61,844 bases of DNA, taken from an uncultured bacterium. Lineage in GTDB: Bacteria; Fidelibacterota; Marinisomatia; Marinisomatales; UBA1611. The translations under genes and the position numbers were made by a program. A model generated the notes under the pieces. That model had not been told where the DNA came from, did no database searches, and saw only the letters and a list, made by a program, of their open reading frames with translations. Positions 1-9,176 of the stretch are shown here, piece by piece; the stretch's first letter is position 1; each line of letters opens with the position of its first letter. Location: the NCBI GenBank assembly GCA_964561495.1, contig CAZLPW010000007.1, positions 1-61,844 on the forward strand. The letters run 5' to 3'.

Positions 1-1
1 A

Positions 2-475
2 AGCAGAGTTGGACAAGGCCCCTTGCCCTCTGAAATCCACGATAGCATTGCCGACTCTCTCAGAAAAAAAGGCAAAGAATATGGAACAACAACAGGAAGA
101 CCAAGGAGGGTTGGTTGGCTTGATCTGGTTCAAATAAGGCAGGCGGTGAGGGTTAACGGATTAACAGAAATAGCTCTAACAAAATTAGATATTTTGGATG
201 GTTATTCAACTATCCCTGTTTGCGTTAACTATAATATTGATGGAGAAACTATAAGCGAAATGCCCGCAAGCCTTACAAAATATCGAAAAGCAAAGCCAGT
301 TTATAAAAACTTACCTGGTTGGGATAAAATCGATTTAGATAAAATAGACAATGGCTATGAGAGTTTGCCTTCTGAGTTAAAAAACTATGTTAGTTTTATA
401 GAGGACCAAGTTGAGTGTCCTATTAAAATAATATCAGTTGGTCCACAGAGACATGAAACTATTAATAGGTCTTAG
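2..475 (+). CDS. purA: Adenylosuccinate synthetase, C-terminal part (5' truncated by window edge)
   Basis: Frame open from base 2 (SRVGQGPLPSE); EYGTTTGRPRRVGWLD, LTKLDILD and ISVGP motifs. Confidence 0.96.
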   Translation, partial: SRVGQGPLPSEIHDSIADSLRKKGKEYGTTTGRPRRVGWLDLVQIRQAVRVNGLTEIALTKLDILDGYSTIPVCVNYNIDGETISEMPASLTKYRKAKPVYKNLPGWDKIDLDKIDNGYESLPSELKNYVSFIEDQVECPIKIISVGPQRHETINRS

Positions 476-505
476 CCTAAATTTTAAAAACTAACATAAA
501 GCAGA

Positions 506-2842
506 ATGCCTTTTACCAAAGAAACAATCAACTTCGAGGGGTTATCAAAAAAGGAAATTAATACAAAATTAGCTGAGCTCAATATTCCACTTTCGCCAGA
601 TGAGGTCATAAAAATTCAAAAAAAAATGCTCGGTAGAGCACCCTCTCTTGCAGAACTTGTTCTTTTTTCAATACAGGGGTCTGAACACTGTAGCTATAAA
701 AGCAGCAGAAGTCATTTAAAACAATTTATTAACTCGAGTCCTGATGTGGTTTTGGGAGCAAAAGAAGACGCTGGTGTTGTTTCCATAGCAACAGATAATA
801 ACGGAAATCGGTGGTGTATAGTGATGAGCCACGAATCTCACAATCACCCTTCGCAAATCGTTCCTTATGAAGGGGCAGCAACAGGTGTAGGTGGAAACGT
901 GAGAGATGTAATGTGCATGGGCGCAGAGGTGATTGCTTGTACAAATTCGCTTAGATTTGGAGAAATTAAACGCAATAAAACAAAGTGGATACAAAACGGT
1001 GTGGTTTCTGGAATAGCAGGCTATGGAAATCCCATAGGAGTCCCCACTATTGGCGGGGATATTTATTACAATAAAGGCTACAATGAAAACTGTCTTGTAA
1101 CGCTGGTAACCCTTGGAATAGTTAGAGAAGATCATATTATTCATTCATATGCACCAAAAAATGCTGATGGATATGATTTAATTATTATTGGAAAACCAAC
1201 AGACAACAGTGGTTTTGGGGGCGCAAGCTTTGCATCTCTTGAGCTTGAAGAAGAAAAAAAAGAAAAAAACAAAGGGGCAGTACAAGAACCCAATGCTTTT
1301 CTAGAGAGGCATCTATTAAAAGCGACTTATGCTCTGTTTGATATCATTAAAGAAAAAAACCTTATAGATAAGGTTGGCTTTAAAGATTTGGGCGCTGGTG
1401 GGGTTGCCTGTGCAAGTGTAGAGCTCGCAGAAACATCTGGATACGGGTCAGAGGTTTGGCTTGATAATGTACATATCAGCATAAGCGATCTACACCCATC
1501 GGTTTATTTGTGTAGCGAAACACAAGAAAGGTTCATGTGGGTCGTTCCACCTAAAATCACTCCTCTTGTTTTAGAACACTACAACTGCGTATATGACCTC
1601 CCAGGTGTTAGCTTAGGATCAAGGGCATCTGTAATAGGAAAAATTCGTGATAATGGACAATTTATTGTTCATTACAAAAATGAAACAATTGTTAATGCAA
1701 AAGCAAAAGAAGTCACTAGAGGATTTTTATACAACAGAAAACACAAACCAAAAAAACACGATGTGAGTGAGCCCTCTATTCGCCTTAAAGAAAACTTGAC
1801 AAATGTTTTCTTTAAAATGTTAGCGCATGAAAACATAGCGTCCCGGGAGCCCGTATATGAAACATATGACAAGCAGGTTCAAGGTAGGTCTGTTTTAGAG
1901 GCGGGGGTTTCGGACTCAGGGGTCTTAGCTCCCTTTAACTCAATTGATTTTCCAGAAGAAATAAGAAATGTTGGTGTTGCGCTCTCTTCAGATCAAAACC
2001 CGCGATATTGTGAAATCAGCCCCTATTGGGGTGGTGTCAATGCGGTTGTTGAATCAATGCGGAATGTGGCAGCGACAGGAGCATCGCCGCACGCGGTCTC
2101 TGATTGCCTTTGTTTTGGAAACCCTGAAAAGCCCCATCAGATGTGGCAATTTGTTGAGGCTGTCCGCGGTATAGCGGATGCCTGTAAAACAATCACATTA
2201 AAAGACAACCCAAAATCCCCAACTCCCATAATAGCAGGGAATGTTAGTTTCTACAATGAATCAAAAAGTGGCGCAATTCCCCCAAGTCCAATAGTCAGTT
2301 GCCTTGGAAAGATTAATGACATTTCAAAAACTATTTCTATGGGGTTTCAAAGGCATGATTCCGATATTTTTATGGTCGGCTCTAGAAAAAATGAACTTGG
2401 TGGAAGTTTGTTTTATGAGCTGCATGGAGAGTTGGGGAAAAACGTGCCTAAACCGAATTTAAATTTGGTAAAAAAAGAAATTTTTACTCTTTTAGACTGC
2501 ATTGAAAAAGAACTAATTGAATCCTGTCATGATATAAGTGATGGTGGTACTGCTGTTTGTATAGCTGAAATGTGTTTTGAAAATAAAATTGGGTGCAAAA
2601 TAGCAATCTCTGGAGATTTCCCAACGGAAGTTCTTCTTTTTAGTGAAACCAGCGGTTTTATATTTGAATCAGTTCGTGAAAACAAAGATCAAATATTAAA
2701 TTTGTTTTTATCTAATGACGTCCCGATAACTAAAATTGGTAAAACAAAAAGAGAGCCTACTATTGATTTAAATGGCAAAATTTCGGCGCCGCTAGAAAAG
2801 GCCTACTCTCTTTGGAAATATGGGCTGAGGTCCAAGTTTTAA
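506..2842 (+). CDS. purL: Phosphoribosylformylglycinamidine synthase, small-type PurL subunit
   Basis: SEHCSYKSS, ESHNHPS, PYEGAATGVGG, DLGAGG, SETQER and HDISDGG motifs; 778 aa. Confidence 0.96.
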   Translation: MPFTKETINFEGLSKKEINTKLAELNIPLSPDEVIKIQKKMLGRAPSLAELVLFSIQGSEHCSYKSSRSHLKQFINSSPDVVLGAKEDAGVVSIATDNNGNRWCIVMSHESHNHPSQIVPYEGAATGVGGNVRDVMCMGAEVIACTNSLRFGEIKRNKTKWIQNGVVSGIAGYGNPIGVPTIGGDIYYNKGYNENCLVTLVTLGIVREDHIIHSYAPKNADGYDLIIIGKPTDNSGFGGASFASLELEEEKKEKNKGAVQEPNAFLERHLLKATYALFDIIKEKNLIDKVGFKDLGAGGVACASVELAETSGYGSEVWLDNVHISISDLHPSVYLCSETQERFMWVVPPKITPLVLEHYNCVYDLPGVSLGSRASVIGKIRDNGQFIVHYKNETIVNAKAKEVTRGFLYNRKHKPKKHDVSEPSIRLKENLTNVFFKMLAHENIASREPVYETYDKQVQGRSVLEAGVSDSGVLAPFNSIDFPEEIRNVGVALSSDQNPRYCEISPYWGGVNAVVESMRNVAATGASPHAVSDCLCFGNPEKPHQMWQFVEAVRGIADACKTITLKDNPKSPTPIIAGNVSFYNESKSGAIPPSPIVSCLGKINDISKTISMGFQRHDSDIFMVGSRKNELGGSLFYELHGELGKNVPKPNLNLVKKEIFTLLDCIEKELIESCHDISDGGTAVCIAEMCFENKIGCKIAISGDFPTEVLLFSETSGFIFESVRENKDQILNLFLSNDVPITKIGKTKREPTIDLNGKISAPLEKAYSLWKYGLRSKF

Positions 2843-2877
2843 TAATTATAAGATTAAAAATATTTAGTGCATTATAG

Positions 2878-3924
2878 ATGAATAGTAAAAATAAAATAAA
2901 ATATTCTACCGCAGGGGTAGACATAGATGCAGGAAACAAAGCTGTTGAAATAATTAAGGATGAGGTTAAGTCAACTTTTAGTTCAAACGTATTAACTGGA
3001 ATCGGAGGGTTCGGGTCTTTGTTTGAAATAGGAGATCTAATAAAAGATTATAAAAAACCTGTTTTAGTACAAAGCATAGACGGTGTTGGAACAAAAACAA
3101 TTATAGCACGAAAAATGAACAAATATAATACCATTGGCCTTGACCTTTTAAGTGCCGCCGCCAATGACATAATTGTCATGGGGGCACGACCTTTAACATT
3201 TCTTGATTACATTGCAAATGATAAACTAAAACCCAAAACTGTTAAAGAAATTATTATTGGAATTGCACAAGGATGTCGAGATACAGGCGTATCATTAGTA
3301 GGCGGAGAAACAGCAGAAATGCCTGACACCTACCTCCCAAATGAGCATGATTTAGTTGGCATTATTACAGGAATTGTAGAAAAAGATAAAATTATAACAG
3401 GAGAGTCTATTGAAACTAATGATGTAGTTCTTGGGCTCCCTTCTAGTGGTTTACACACTAATGGTTACTCACTTGCTAGAAAGTTGTTTTTTGAAATTGG
3501 AAATCATAAAATAGATAGTGTAATACCAGATTTGGATAAAACAGTTGGGGAAACATTATTAGAGCCTCACATTAACTATACAAACCCTGTGCAATTACTT
3601 TTAAATAAAAATTTTAATATTAAGGGAATTGCCCATATTACTGGAGGAGGGTTAATAGAAAACATTCCACGAATTTTGCCACAGGGATGTGATGTAAAAA
3701 TTCAAAAAAATTCATGGCCACATCTACCCGTTTTTGATGTTATGCAGTCAATCGGAAATTTAGAGGATTTTGAAATGTATAGAACTTTTAATATGGGTAT
3801 AGGTCTAATTTTAATTGTATCTCCTTCATCTGAAAAAGAAGTAAAAACAAATTTAGAAAGCTTTTCTGATGTTTATAATATCGGCCACGTGATTGAAGGC
3901 AATAAAAGAGTTCAGCTTATATAA
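2878..3924 (+). CDS. purM: Phosphoribosylaminoimidazole (AIR) synthetase
   Basis: YSTAGVDIDAGN, DGVGTK, GGETAEMP, SSGLHTNGYSL, HITGGG and TFNMGIG motifs. Confidence 0.97.
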   Translation: MNSKNKIKYSTAGVDIDAGNKAVEIIKDEVKSTFSSNVLTGIGGFGSLFEIGDLIKDYKKPVLVQSIDGVGTKTIIARKMNKYNTIGLDLLSAAANDIIVMGARPLTFLDYIANDKLKPKTVKEIIIGIAQGCRDTGVSLVGGETAEMPDTYLPNEHDLVGIITGIVEKDKIITGESIETNDVVLGLPSSGLHTNGYSLARKLFFEIGNHKIDSVIPDLDKTVGETLLEPHINYTNPVQLLLNKNFNIKGIAHITGGGLIENIPRILPQGCDVKIQKNSWPHLPVFDVMQSIGNLEDFEMYRTFNMGIGLILIVSPSSEKEVKTNLESFSDVYNIGHVIEGNKRVQLI

Positions 3925-3931
3925 AGGCCAG

Positions 3932-6328
3932 TTGGGTTTCATTATCAGTATTAAAATCATTTTAAAATCATTTTTATTAGTGTTTTCTACGGTTTACTGT
4001 AACTCATATCTAGAAAATTTTAGCCCAGACTCATTAAGGTTTAAAACAGCAACCGCTACGAGGGCTTTCGAAGAACCTATTGTTGATGGAAAACTTGATG
4101 ACGCTATTTGGAGTTCTGCCTCCTCAATCATTGAGTTTTTTCAAGTTGAACCACTCGAACTTAGCACACCCTCAGAAAAAACAATTGCAAGGTTTTTATA
4201 TGATGATGAATCAATTTATATATCCTTTGAGTGTTTTGATTCATCACCAGAAAAAATAAAAAAACCTCTGGTTCGAAGAGATAATTGGTTTTATGGGTTT
4301 GGGGATCAATCTGATTGGGTGGGCATTAGCATTGATTCTAAAAACAATGATTATGACGGTTATTTTTTTGCTTTAAACGCGGCTGGAGCAAAAATGGACG
4401 TTTCCGTATCTGGTCATATGCAATTTGATCGCAGCTGGGATGCTGTTTGGAATTCTGGCATAAATATTAATGAAAATGGATGGACAGCAGAATTTAAAAT
4501 CCCGTTTGCAGTCTTTCAGTTTGAAAACTCTAAAGAAATAATTTGGGGAATAGATTTTATTAGAGGTCATCACAGAACACAAGAGGTTCATAAATGGCCT
4601 GGGCACGCTAAGACAATAAGAGGAAATATATATCAATTAGGCGTTTTAGTTGGAATAAAAGATATTCCAAACCCAAAACAATTAGAGTTATTACCTTTCT
4701 CTCTAAATGGTAAAAAAGGGGGAAGCTATAGTTACCAATTTGGCTTAGACGCTCGATACGGGATCACACCCAATTCAGTAATGAAGGCTACATTAAATCC
4801 AGACTTTGGACAAGTAGAAGCTGACCCCTCTGTCTTAAACCTTACTGCTTTTGAAACATTTTACGATGAAAAAAGACCGTTTTTTTCTGAAGGATCTGAC
4901 TTTTTTAGTGAGAGGCTTGAATTGTTTCATTCTCGAAGAATTGGCAAAAAAGCTAACTACCTAGAGCCTGAGGAAGGTGAACCCAAAAGCCCCTTAGGAA
5001 ACACCACAATTTTAGGCGCTATGAAAGTATTAGGGAGTACTCAATCGGGATTTAACTATGGATTTATTGAAGCAATAACAAATGAGGAGCGCGTTACGTG
5101 GTTATATGATTCAACGAAGACTTCTGTTCTTATTGAACCCTTAACCTATTACAGTGTAGCAAAAATAGAAGCGCCCATGATAAACAAACTATCACGATTG
5201 GGGATTATGGCAACTGATGTTTCAAGAAGAGAAAACCCAGGGGCAACTACGGTAGGATTAAATTGGAACTTGGGTTTATTAGATAATCGACTATTTTCAA
5301 ATGGGCAAATAGCTCAGTCAAATAAGGAAGGAACAATTGGAAATGCTTGGCGATTTAATATTGGATATACAGACCCTTCCTGGTGGAGCGCACGATTTTG
5401 GTATGGAACATATGATGATAAATTTGATATTAATGACATCGGATACCTAAGACGAAACGATTTAAGTTGGATTGGAGGAAGGGTTGAACTAAGAAAACAA
5501 AATCCCTGGGGACCTTTTTTATATAATGAAGTTGAGTTGAAATATATGGAAGAGTGGCGTGGGGATGGCCTAAGGCTGGACAAAGAACTCGAGCTAGAAC
5601 AAAACAACCTCCTCTCAAACTACTGGAGCCTTGGGGTATTTAGCATGCTCAATTTACCGAGCTATAATGATGATGATATTTTTAGATCGGATTTGGCTTG
5701 GGAATATAAAACTGAAATGTGGGGATACATTGGGCCAACTATAAAAACAGATCGAAGAAAAAAAATTATAATTGGCACTGATTTTGGGATCGGGTATGGT
5801 AAAAAACGGGGGCCTGGATACAGAACAAGCATTGGAATAAACGTTCGCCCAATAACACAGTTAAATATAAATATAGAAATAGTGCAAGATTTAAGCCCTG
5901 CTTATATGCAGTGGGTTGATGTTCTTGAGCTATCTGAAGATACTCTTAGAGTGTATGCAAGCTCTGAACAAAAAACCAGAGATATAAACCTTAGAGTAAA
6001 CTGGACATTTTCTCCAGAATTAACACTAGAATGTTTTTTGCAGCCTTTTTACGTAAATATGAATTACAACAAATATTATAACCTTACTGATCCTCGAACT
6101 ATGAATTTGGTTAGATATGATTATCTTTTTAACAACGAAGACCCAGGTTTTTTAATTAAAAATACTGTCGGTACAATGGTTTTAAGGTGGGAATATAAAC
6201 AAGGCAGTACAATATATCTGGTTTATAATATTAACAATAGTAAATATTATTCTAAGAATACAAGTGACTGGAGTAACAGTTCCAATAATGCCATCTTTGT
6301 TAAATTTAATTATTGGCTAAAAATTTAA
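3932..6328 (+). CDS. DUF5916-type outer-membrane protein with N-terminal CBM9/DOMON-like domain
   Basis: Hydrophobic N-terminus; VDGKLDDAIW, GWTAEFKIPF, NPDFGQVEAD and FYDEKRPFF motifs; barrel-like C-terminus FVKFNYW. In-frame TTG at 3932 after AAGG preferred over the ORF start at 3893, which overlaps purM. Confidence 0.75.
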   Translation: MGFIISIKIILKSFLLVFSTVYCNSYLENFSPDSLRFKTATATRAFEEPIVDGKLDDAIWSSASSIIEFFQVEPLELSTPSEKTIARFLYDDESIYISFECFDSSPEKIKKPLVRRDNWFYGFGDQSDWVGISIDSKNNDYDGYFFALNAAGAKMDVSVSGHMQFDRSWDAVWNSGININENGWTAEFKIPFAVFQFENSKEIIWGIDFIRGHHRTQEVHKWPGHAKTIRGNIYQLGVLVGIKDIPNPKQLELLPFSLNGKKGGSYSYQFGLDARYGITPNSVMKATLNPDFGQVEADPSVLNLTAFETFYDEKRPFFSEGSDFFSERLELFHSRRIGKKANYLEPEEGEPKSPLGNTTILGAMKVLGSTQSGFNYGFIEAITNEERVTWLYDSTKTSVLIEPLTYYSVAKIEAPMINKLSRLGIMATDVSRRENPGATTVGLNWNLGLLDNRLFSNGQIAQSNKEGTIGNAWRFNIGYTDPSWWSARFWYGTYDDKFDINDIGYLRRNDLSWIGGRVELRKQNPWGPFLYNEVELKYMEEWRGDGLRLDKELELEQNNLLSNYWSLGVFSMLNLPSYNDDDIFRSDLAWEYKTEMWGYIGPTIKTDRRKKIIIGTDFGIGYGKKRGPGYRTSIGINVRPITQLNINIEIVQDLSPAYMQWVDVLELSEDTLRVYASSEQKTRDINLRVNWTFSPELTLECFLQPFYVNMNYNKYYNLTDPRTMNLVRYDYLFNNEDPGFLIKNTVGTMVLRWEYKQGSTIYLVYNINNSKYYSKNTSDWSNSSNNAIFVKFNYWLKI

Positions 6329-6369
6329 AAATATTATAATTAATTGTTGTAAGTCGATTTATAAGCTCT

Positions 6370-7710
6370 TTAGATGCGCAGTGCATTCCAATCTCCTTTT
6401 ATTGCAAAAGTCATCCCATTTTGTTGAAGATTAACAAAAAGGGTTTTCCCAGAAGGAGAAAAACACGCCCCAGCAAACTCTGCGCCAGAATATGAGTTTT
6501 GTGCTATTATATAAGGCGTACCATTTGGTCTAATCCCCCACAGCCTGTTTATATTTGAATTATCTTCACATACTATAATATCACCCCATGGTGATAAGGT
6601 AATATTATCAGGCATGTTAAGTGTTTGTTTGTTGTTTATCTCCTGCCAAAGCTCTATAGTATCGCCCGATGAATATTTTGTTGGTCCTGGTGTATATCTC
6701 CAAATTTGCCCCCTTTTTTTTGGTCCACCAGATGTGCAGGTAAAGTAAATTGATTTCCCATCAGTAGCAAGGCCTTCTCCTCTCGCAAAAAAGGAAGCTC
6801 CCTTTTCGGCTCCTTTTTTCCGAAGGGAATCATCTTTTGGGTCTGTGTCACTCAAAGGAACCCACCTTACTTTATATTTAACGCCCTTCAAATAAAAGCC
6901 ATTTTCCCAATTTCGAGTGTCCTGAGGATGCCCCTCTATTGACAAGGCAAAAAGCTTACCTCTGGAAAGTTTTCCCGTTTGGCTTGGAATAAAACGATAG
7001 AATAAACCGTCACTCCGATCTTCAGTTAAAAAAGCATCTCCTGTTGCTGGATCAAAAGCAACAGCCTCATGGGAGAATCTTCCCATTGATTTAATTGGAA
7101 TAGCCTTTTGGAGCCCTCGCTTAACTGTCGGCTTAACTTCAAAAACATATCCATGCGGCTTTCGTAAATCTTTATTTGGTCCTAAAGTTGTCTCCTCACA
7201 GGTTAGCCAAGTACCCCAAGGAGTTGCCCCACCAGCACAGTTTGTTAGAGTTCCAGATAAACTAAGAAACTGCTCTTTAACTTTATTTGTTTTTTCATCA
7301 TAAATAATATTTATAGTCCCACCATAGGCTTTTTTATCATAAAGATTAAAAGACTCAAGAGGATCTTCAATCTGTTTGTTTAAAAATGGGCTTTTTTTAA
7401 TTCCCGAATTTTCATTCAATTCATGATTAACAACTAAAACAACTTTTTCTTCGTTTTGAAAACATGCCATCCCATCAGGTGAATGCGGGACCTGATATCC
7501 ATCACTCATTTTTTCACCATAGGCCGATATTATTTTGTAATCCAAAGCACGATGAAGGGTTAATATTTTATTGGGATCTTTAACTAAAAACTCAGAAGAC
7601 TTATGAGCGGCTGATAACTGATTTGGTTTAAAAAGAGACGCTCCAGAAAAATAAAAACCCAACCCCATTGAAAACCTTGAAACTTTTTTTAAAAATCTTC
7701 TTCTATTCAT
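6370..7710 (-). CDS. phoX: PhoX/DUF839-family alkaline phosphatase, Tat-exported
   Basis: Tat signal MNRRRFLKK begins at ATG 7710; NCAGGATPWGTWLTCEE, GRFSHEA, TEDR, RGEG, PDNI, CED and EFAG motifs. Confidence 0.88.
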   Translation of the reverse strand: MNRRRFLKKVSRFSMGLGFYFSGASLFKPNQLSAAHKSSEFLVKDPNKILTLHRALDYKIISAYGEKMSDGYQVPHSPDGMACFQNEEKVVLVVNHELNENSGIKKSPFLNKQIEDPLESFNLYDKKAYGGTINIIYDEKTNKVKEQFLSLSGTLTNCAGGATPWGTWLTCEETTLGPNKDLRKPHGYVFEVKPTVKRGLQKAIPIKSMGRFSHEAVAFDPATGDAFLTEDRSDGLFYRFIPSQTGKLSRGKLFALSIEGHPQDTRNWENGFYLKGVKYKVRWVPLSDTDPKDDSLRKKGAEKGASFFARGEGLATDGKSIYFTCTSGGPKKRGQIWRYTPGPTKYSSGDTIELWQEINNKQTLNMPDNITLSPWGDIIVCEDNSNINRLWGIRPNGTPYIIAQNSYSGAEFAGACFSPSGKTLFVNLQQNGMTFAIKGDWNALRI

Positions 7711-7723
7711 ATCTGTTTGTATA

Positions 7724-8995
7724 TCAGTTTTCTTTTGTAAGGATTCTAAAGTCTTCCGTCTGCTTAACATATTCAATTAAATATTGAATATGTCGATGGC
7801 TATTTTCAAGTGGCGATTTTAATGATTTTTTTTCTACCCAAACACACTTGGTAATGTTTTCACTTTTATCTGGCACTAGTTTTGTGTTCATATCACCTTT
7901 AAAAGAAACTAAATACCACATAATTTCTTTTATTGTTTTTTTCTTTTCAATGTTTCTATTATGATGGGTAGGAATTAATTCACATATTATATCTAACTCA
8001 TTTTCGGGCAATCCTGTTTCTTCACTAATCTCCTTTAAAGCAGTCTTTTTTGTGCTCTTGCCTTTTGCGACTATGCCTTTAGGGAGTTCCCACCTATTAT
8101 TTTTTTTTATAAATAGAACCTTTCCTTCACCCAGAACAACGCCACCCGCAGCGTGTATCTTCTCTGCCTCTGGCAACAATGAACAAATAACACTATATTG
8201 CTTTTGAGATAAATTATTAAACAAGATGCCATTAATATTAATATTATAAATTGGGTTTTCTTTTGTCCATTTTTTTTGCTTTAATACTTTTTTCTGGGGA
8301 TAATCTAAAACCTTTAACACATAGCGCATTGCGTTTAAACGAGCTATCATTTTATTATCGCTATTTATAGCAACCCACGGGGCATGCTTAGTTGAGGTCA
8401 GTCTAAACATTTCATTCTTATAGCTGGTTATAATGTGCCAGTTTTTATAAGCCTTCCAATCATTAGGCGACAGTTTCCAATATTTTAGTGTATGCTTTTC
8501 TCTTTTTTGAAATCTAAACTCTTGATTTTCTTTTGAAATAGAAAGGTAAAACTTTATAATAATTAAATCATCATTAATTAACTTTTTTTCCCATTGATTT
8601 ACCTTCTTCATAAAATAATTATACTGAGATTCACTACAATAGCCCATTGAAGGTTGAATAATAGCTCTCGAATACCAACTCCGATCATAAAAAACAATTT
8701 TCCCTTTTTGTGGTAAGCGTTTTTCCCAAGTAAGAAACCAATGTTTATCTTGTTTTTTTGAAGGTACCCCAAGCTCTATAACCTCAACAGCTTTCGGCAT
8801 TAGATGTTCAACAAACCTCTTAATTGTAGAACCTTTTCCTGCGGCATCTCTCCCCTCAAAAACAATTGCTATTCTTTTCCCTTTATCAACAACCCATTCT
8901 TGAAGTTTAAGAAGCTCAACCTGAAGTCGATATTTCTCTTTTCTATATTGATTTATGTTTAATGCGGAATACTCGGTTCTATTATAAACAATCAT
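7724..8995 (-). CDS. ppk2: Polyphosphate kinase 2 fused to a C-terminal Nudix-fold domain
   Basis: FEGRDAAGKGSTIKR (Walker A), YDRSWYSRA, WKLSPND and APW motifs; then AAGGVV...WELPKG...ALKEISEETGL (Nudix box) in the same frame. Confidence 0.9.
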   Translation of the reverse strand: MIVYNRTEYSALNINQYRKEKYRLQVELLKLQEWVVDKGKRIAIVFEGRDAAGKGSTIKRFVEHLMPKAVEVIELGVPSKKQDKHWFLTWEKRLPQKGKIVFYDRSWYSRAIIQPSMGYCSESQYNYFMKKVNQWEKKLINDDLIIIKFYLSISKENQEFRFQKREKHTLKYWKLSPNDWKAYKNWHIITSYKNEMFRLTSTKHAPWVAINSDNKMIARLNAMRYVLKVLDYPQKKVLKQKKWTKENPIYNININGILFNNLSQKQYSVICSLLPEAEKIHAAGGVVLGEGKVLFIKKNNRWELPKGIVAKGKSTKKTALKEISEETGLPENELDIICELIPTHHNRNIEKKKTIKEIMWYLVSFKGDMNTKLVPDKSENITKCVWVEKKSLKSPLENSHRHIQYLIEYVKQTEDFRILTKEN

Positions 8996-9103
8996 GTTAA
9001 AAATTAATTATAATAAATATGGTATATACATACTGATAAAAACTTATATAATGTAAACCTATCTATGAAAACAGATTTTTATTATAAAAACAGACTGAAC
9101 CTT

Positions 9104-9133
9104 TTGCCCCCTTCTTTTGTGTCATGTTAAATT
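9104..9133 (+). promoter_or_regulatory. Putative sigma70-type promoter for the purQ operon
   Basis: TTGCCC (9104-9109), 18 bp spacer, TGn-TAAATT (9128-9133), in the divergent ppk2/purQ intergenic region. Confidence 0.35.
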
Positions 9134-9176
9134 AAAGCTTTCCTTTTATATTAATCTTTAATAATTATATGAATTA

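Noticed and set aside
7711-7776. N-terminal extension of PhoX
   Set aside because: Overlaps the ppk2-Nudix 3' end; the Tat signal begins at ATG 7710
8996-9176. Possible purine, ZTP or PRPP riboswitch upstream of purQ
   Set aside because: AT-rich, no recognisable aptamer consensus or stable stems, and the predicted leader is too short
3925-9176. Block splitting the pur cluster as a mobile element
   Set aside because: No integrase or transposase, no terminal repeats or tRNA target, and composition looks like the flanks
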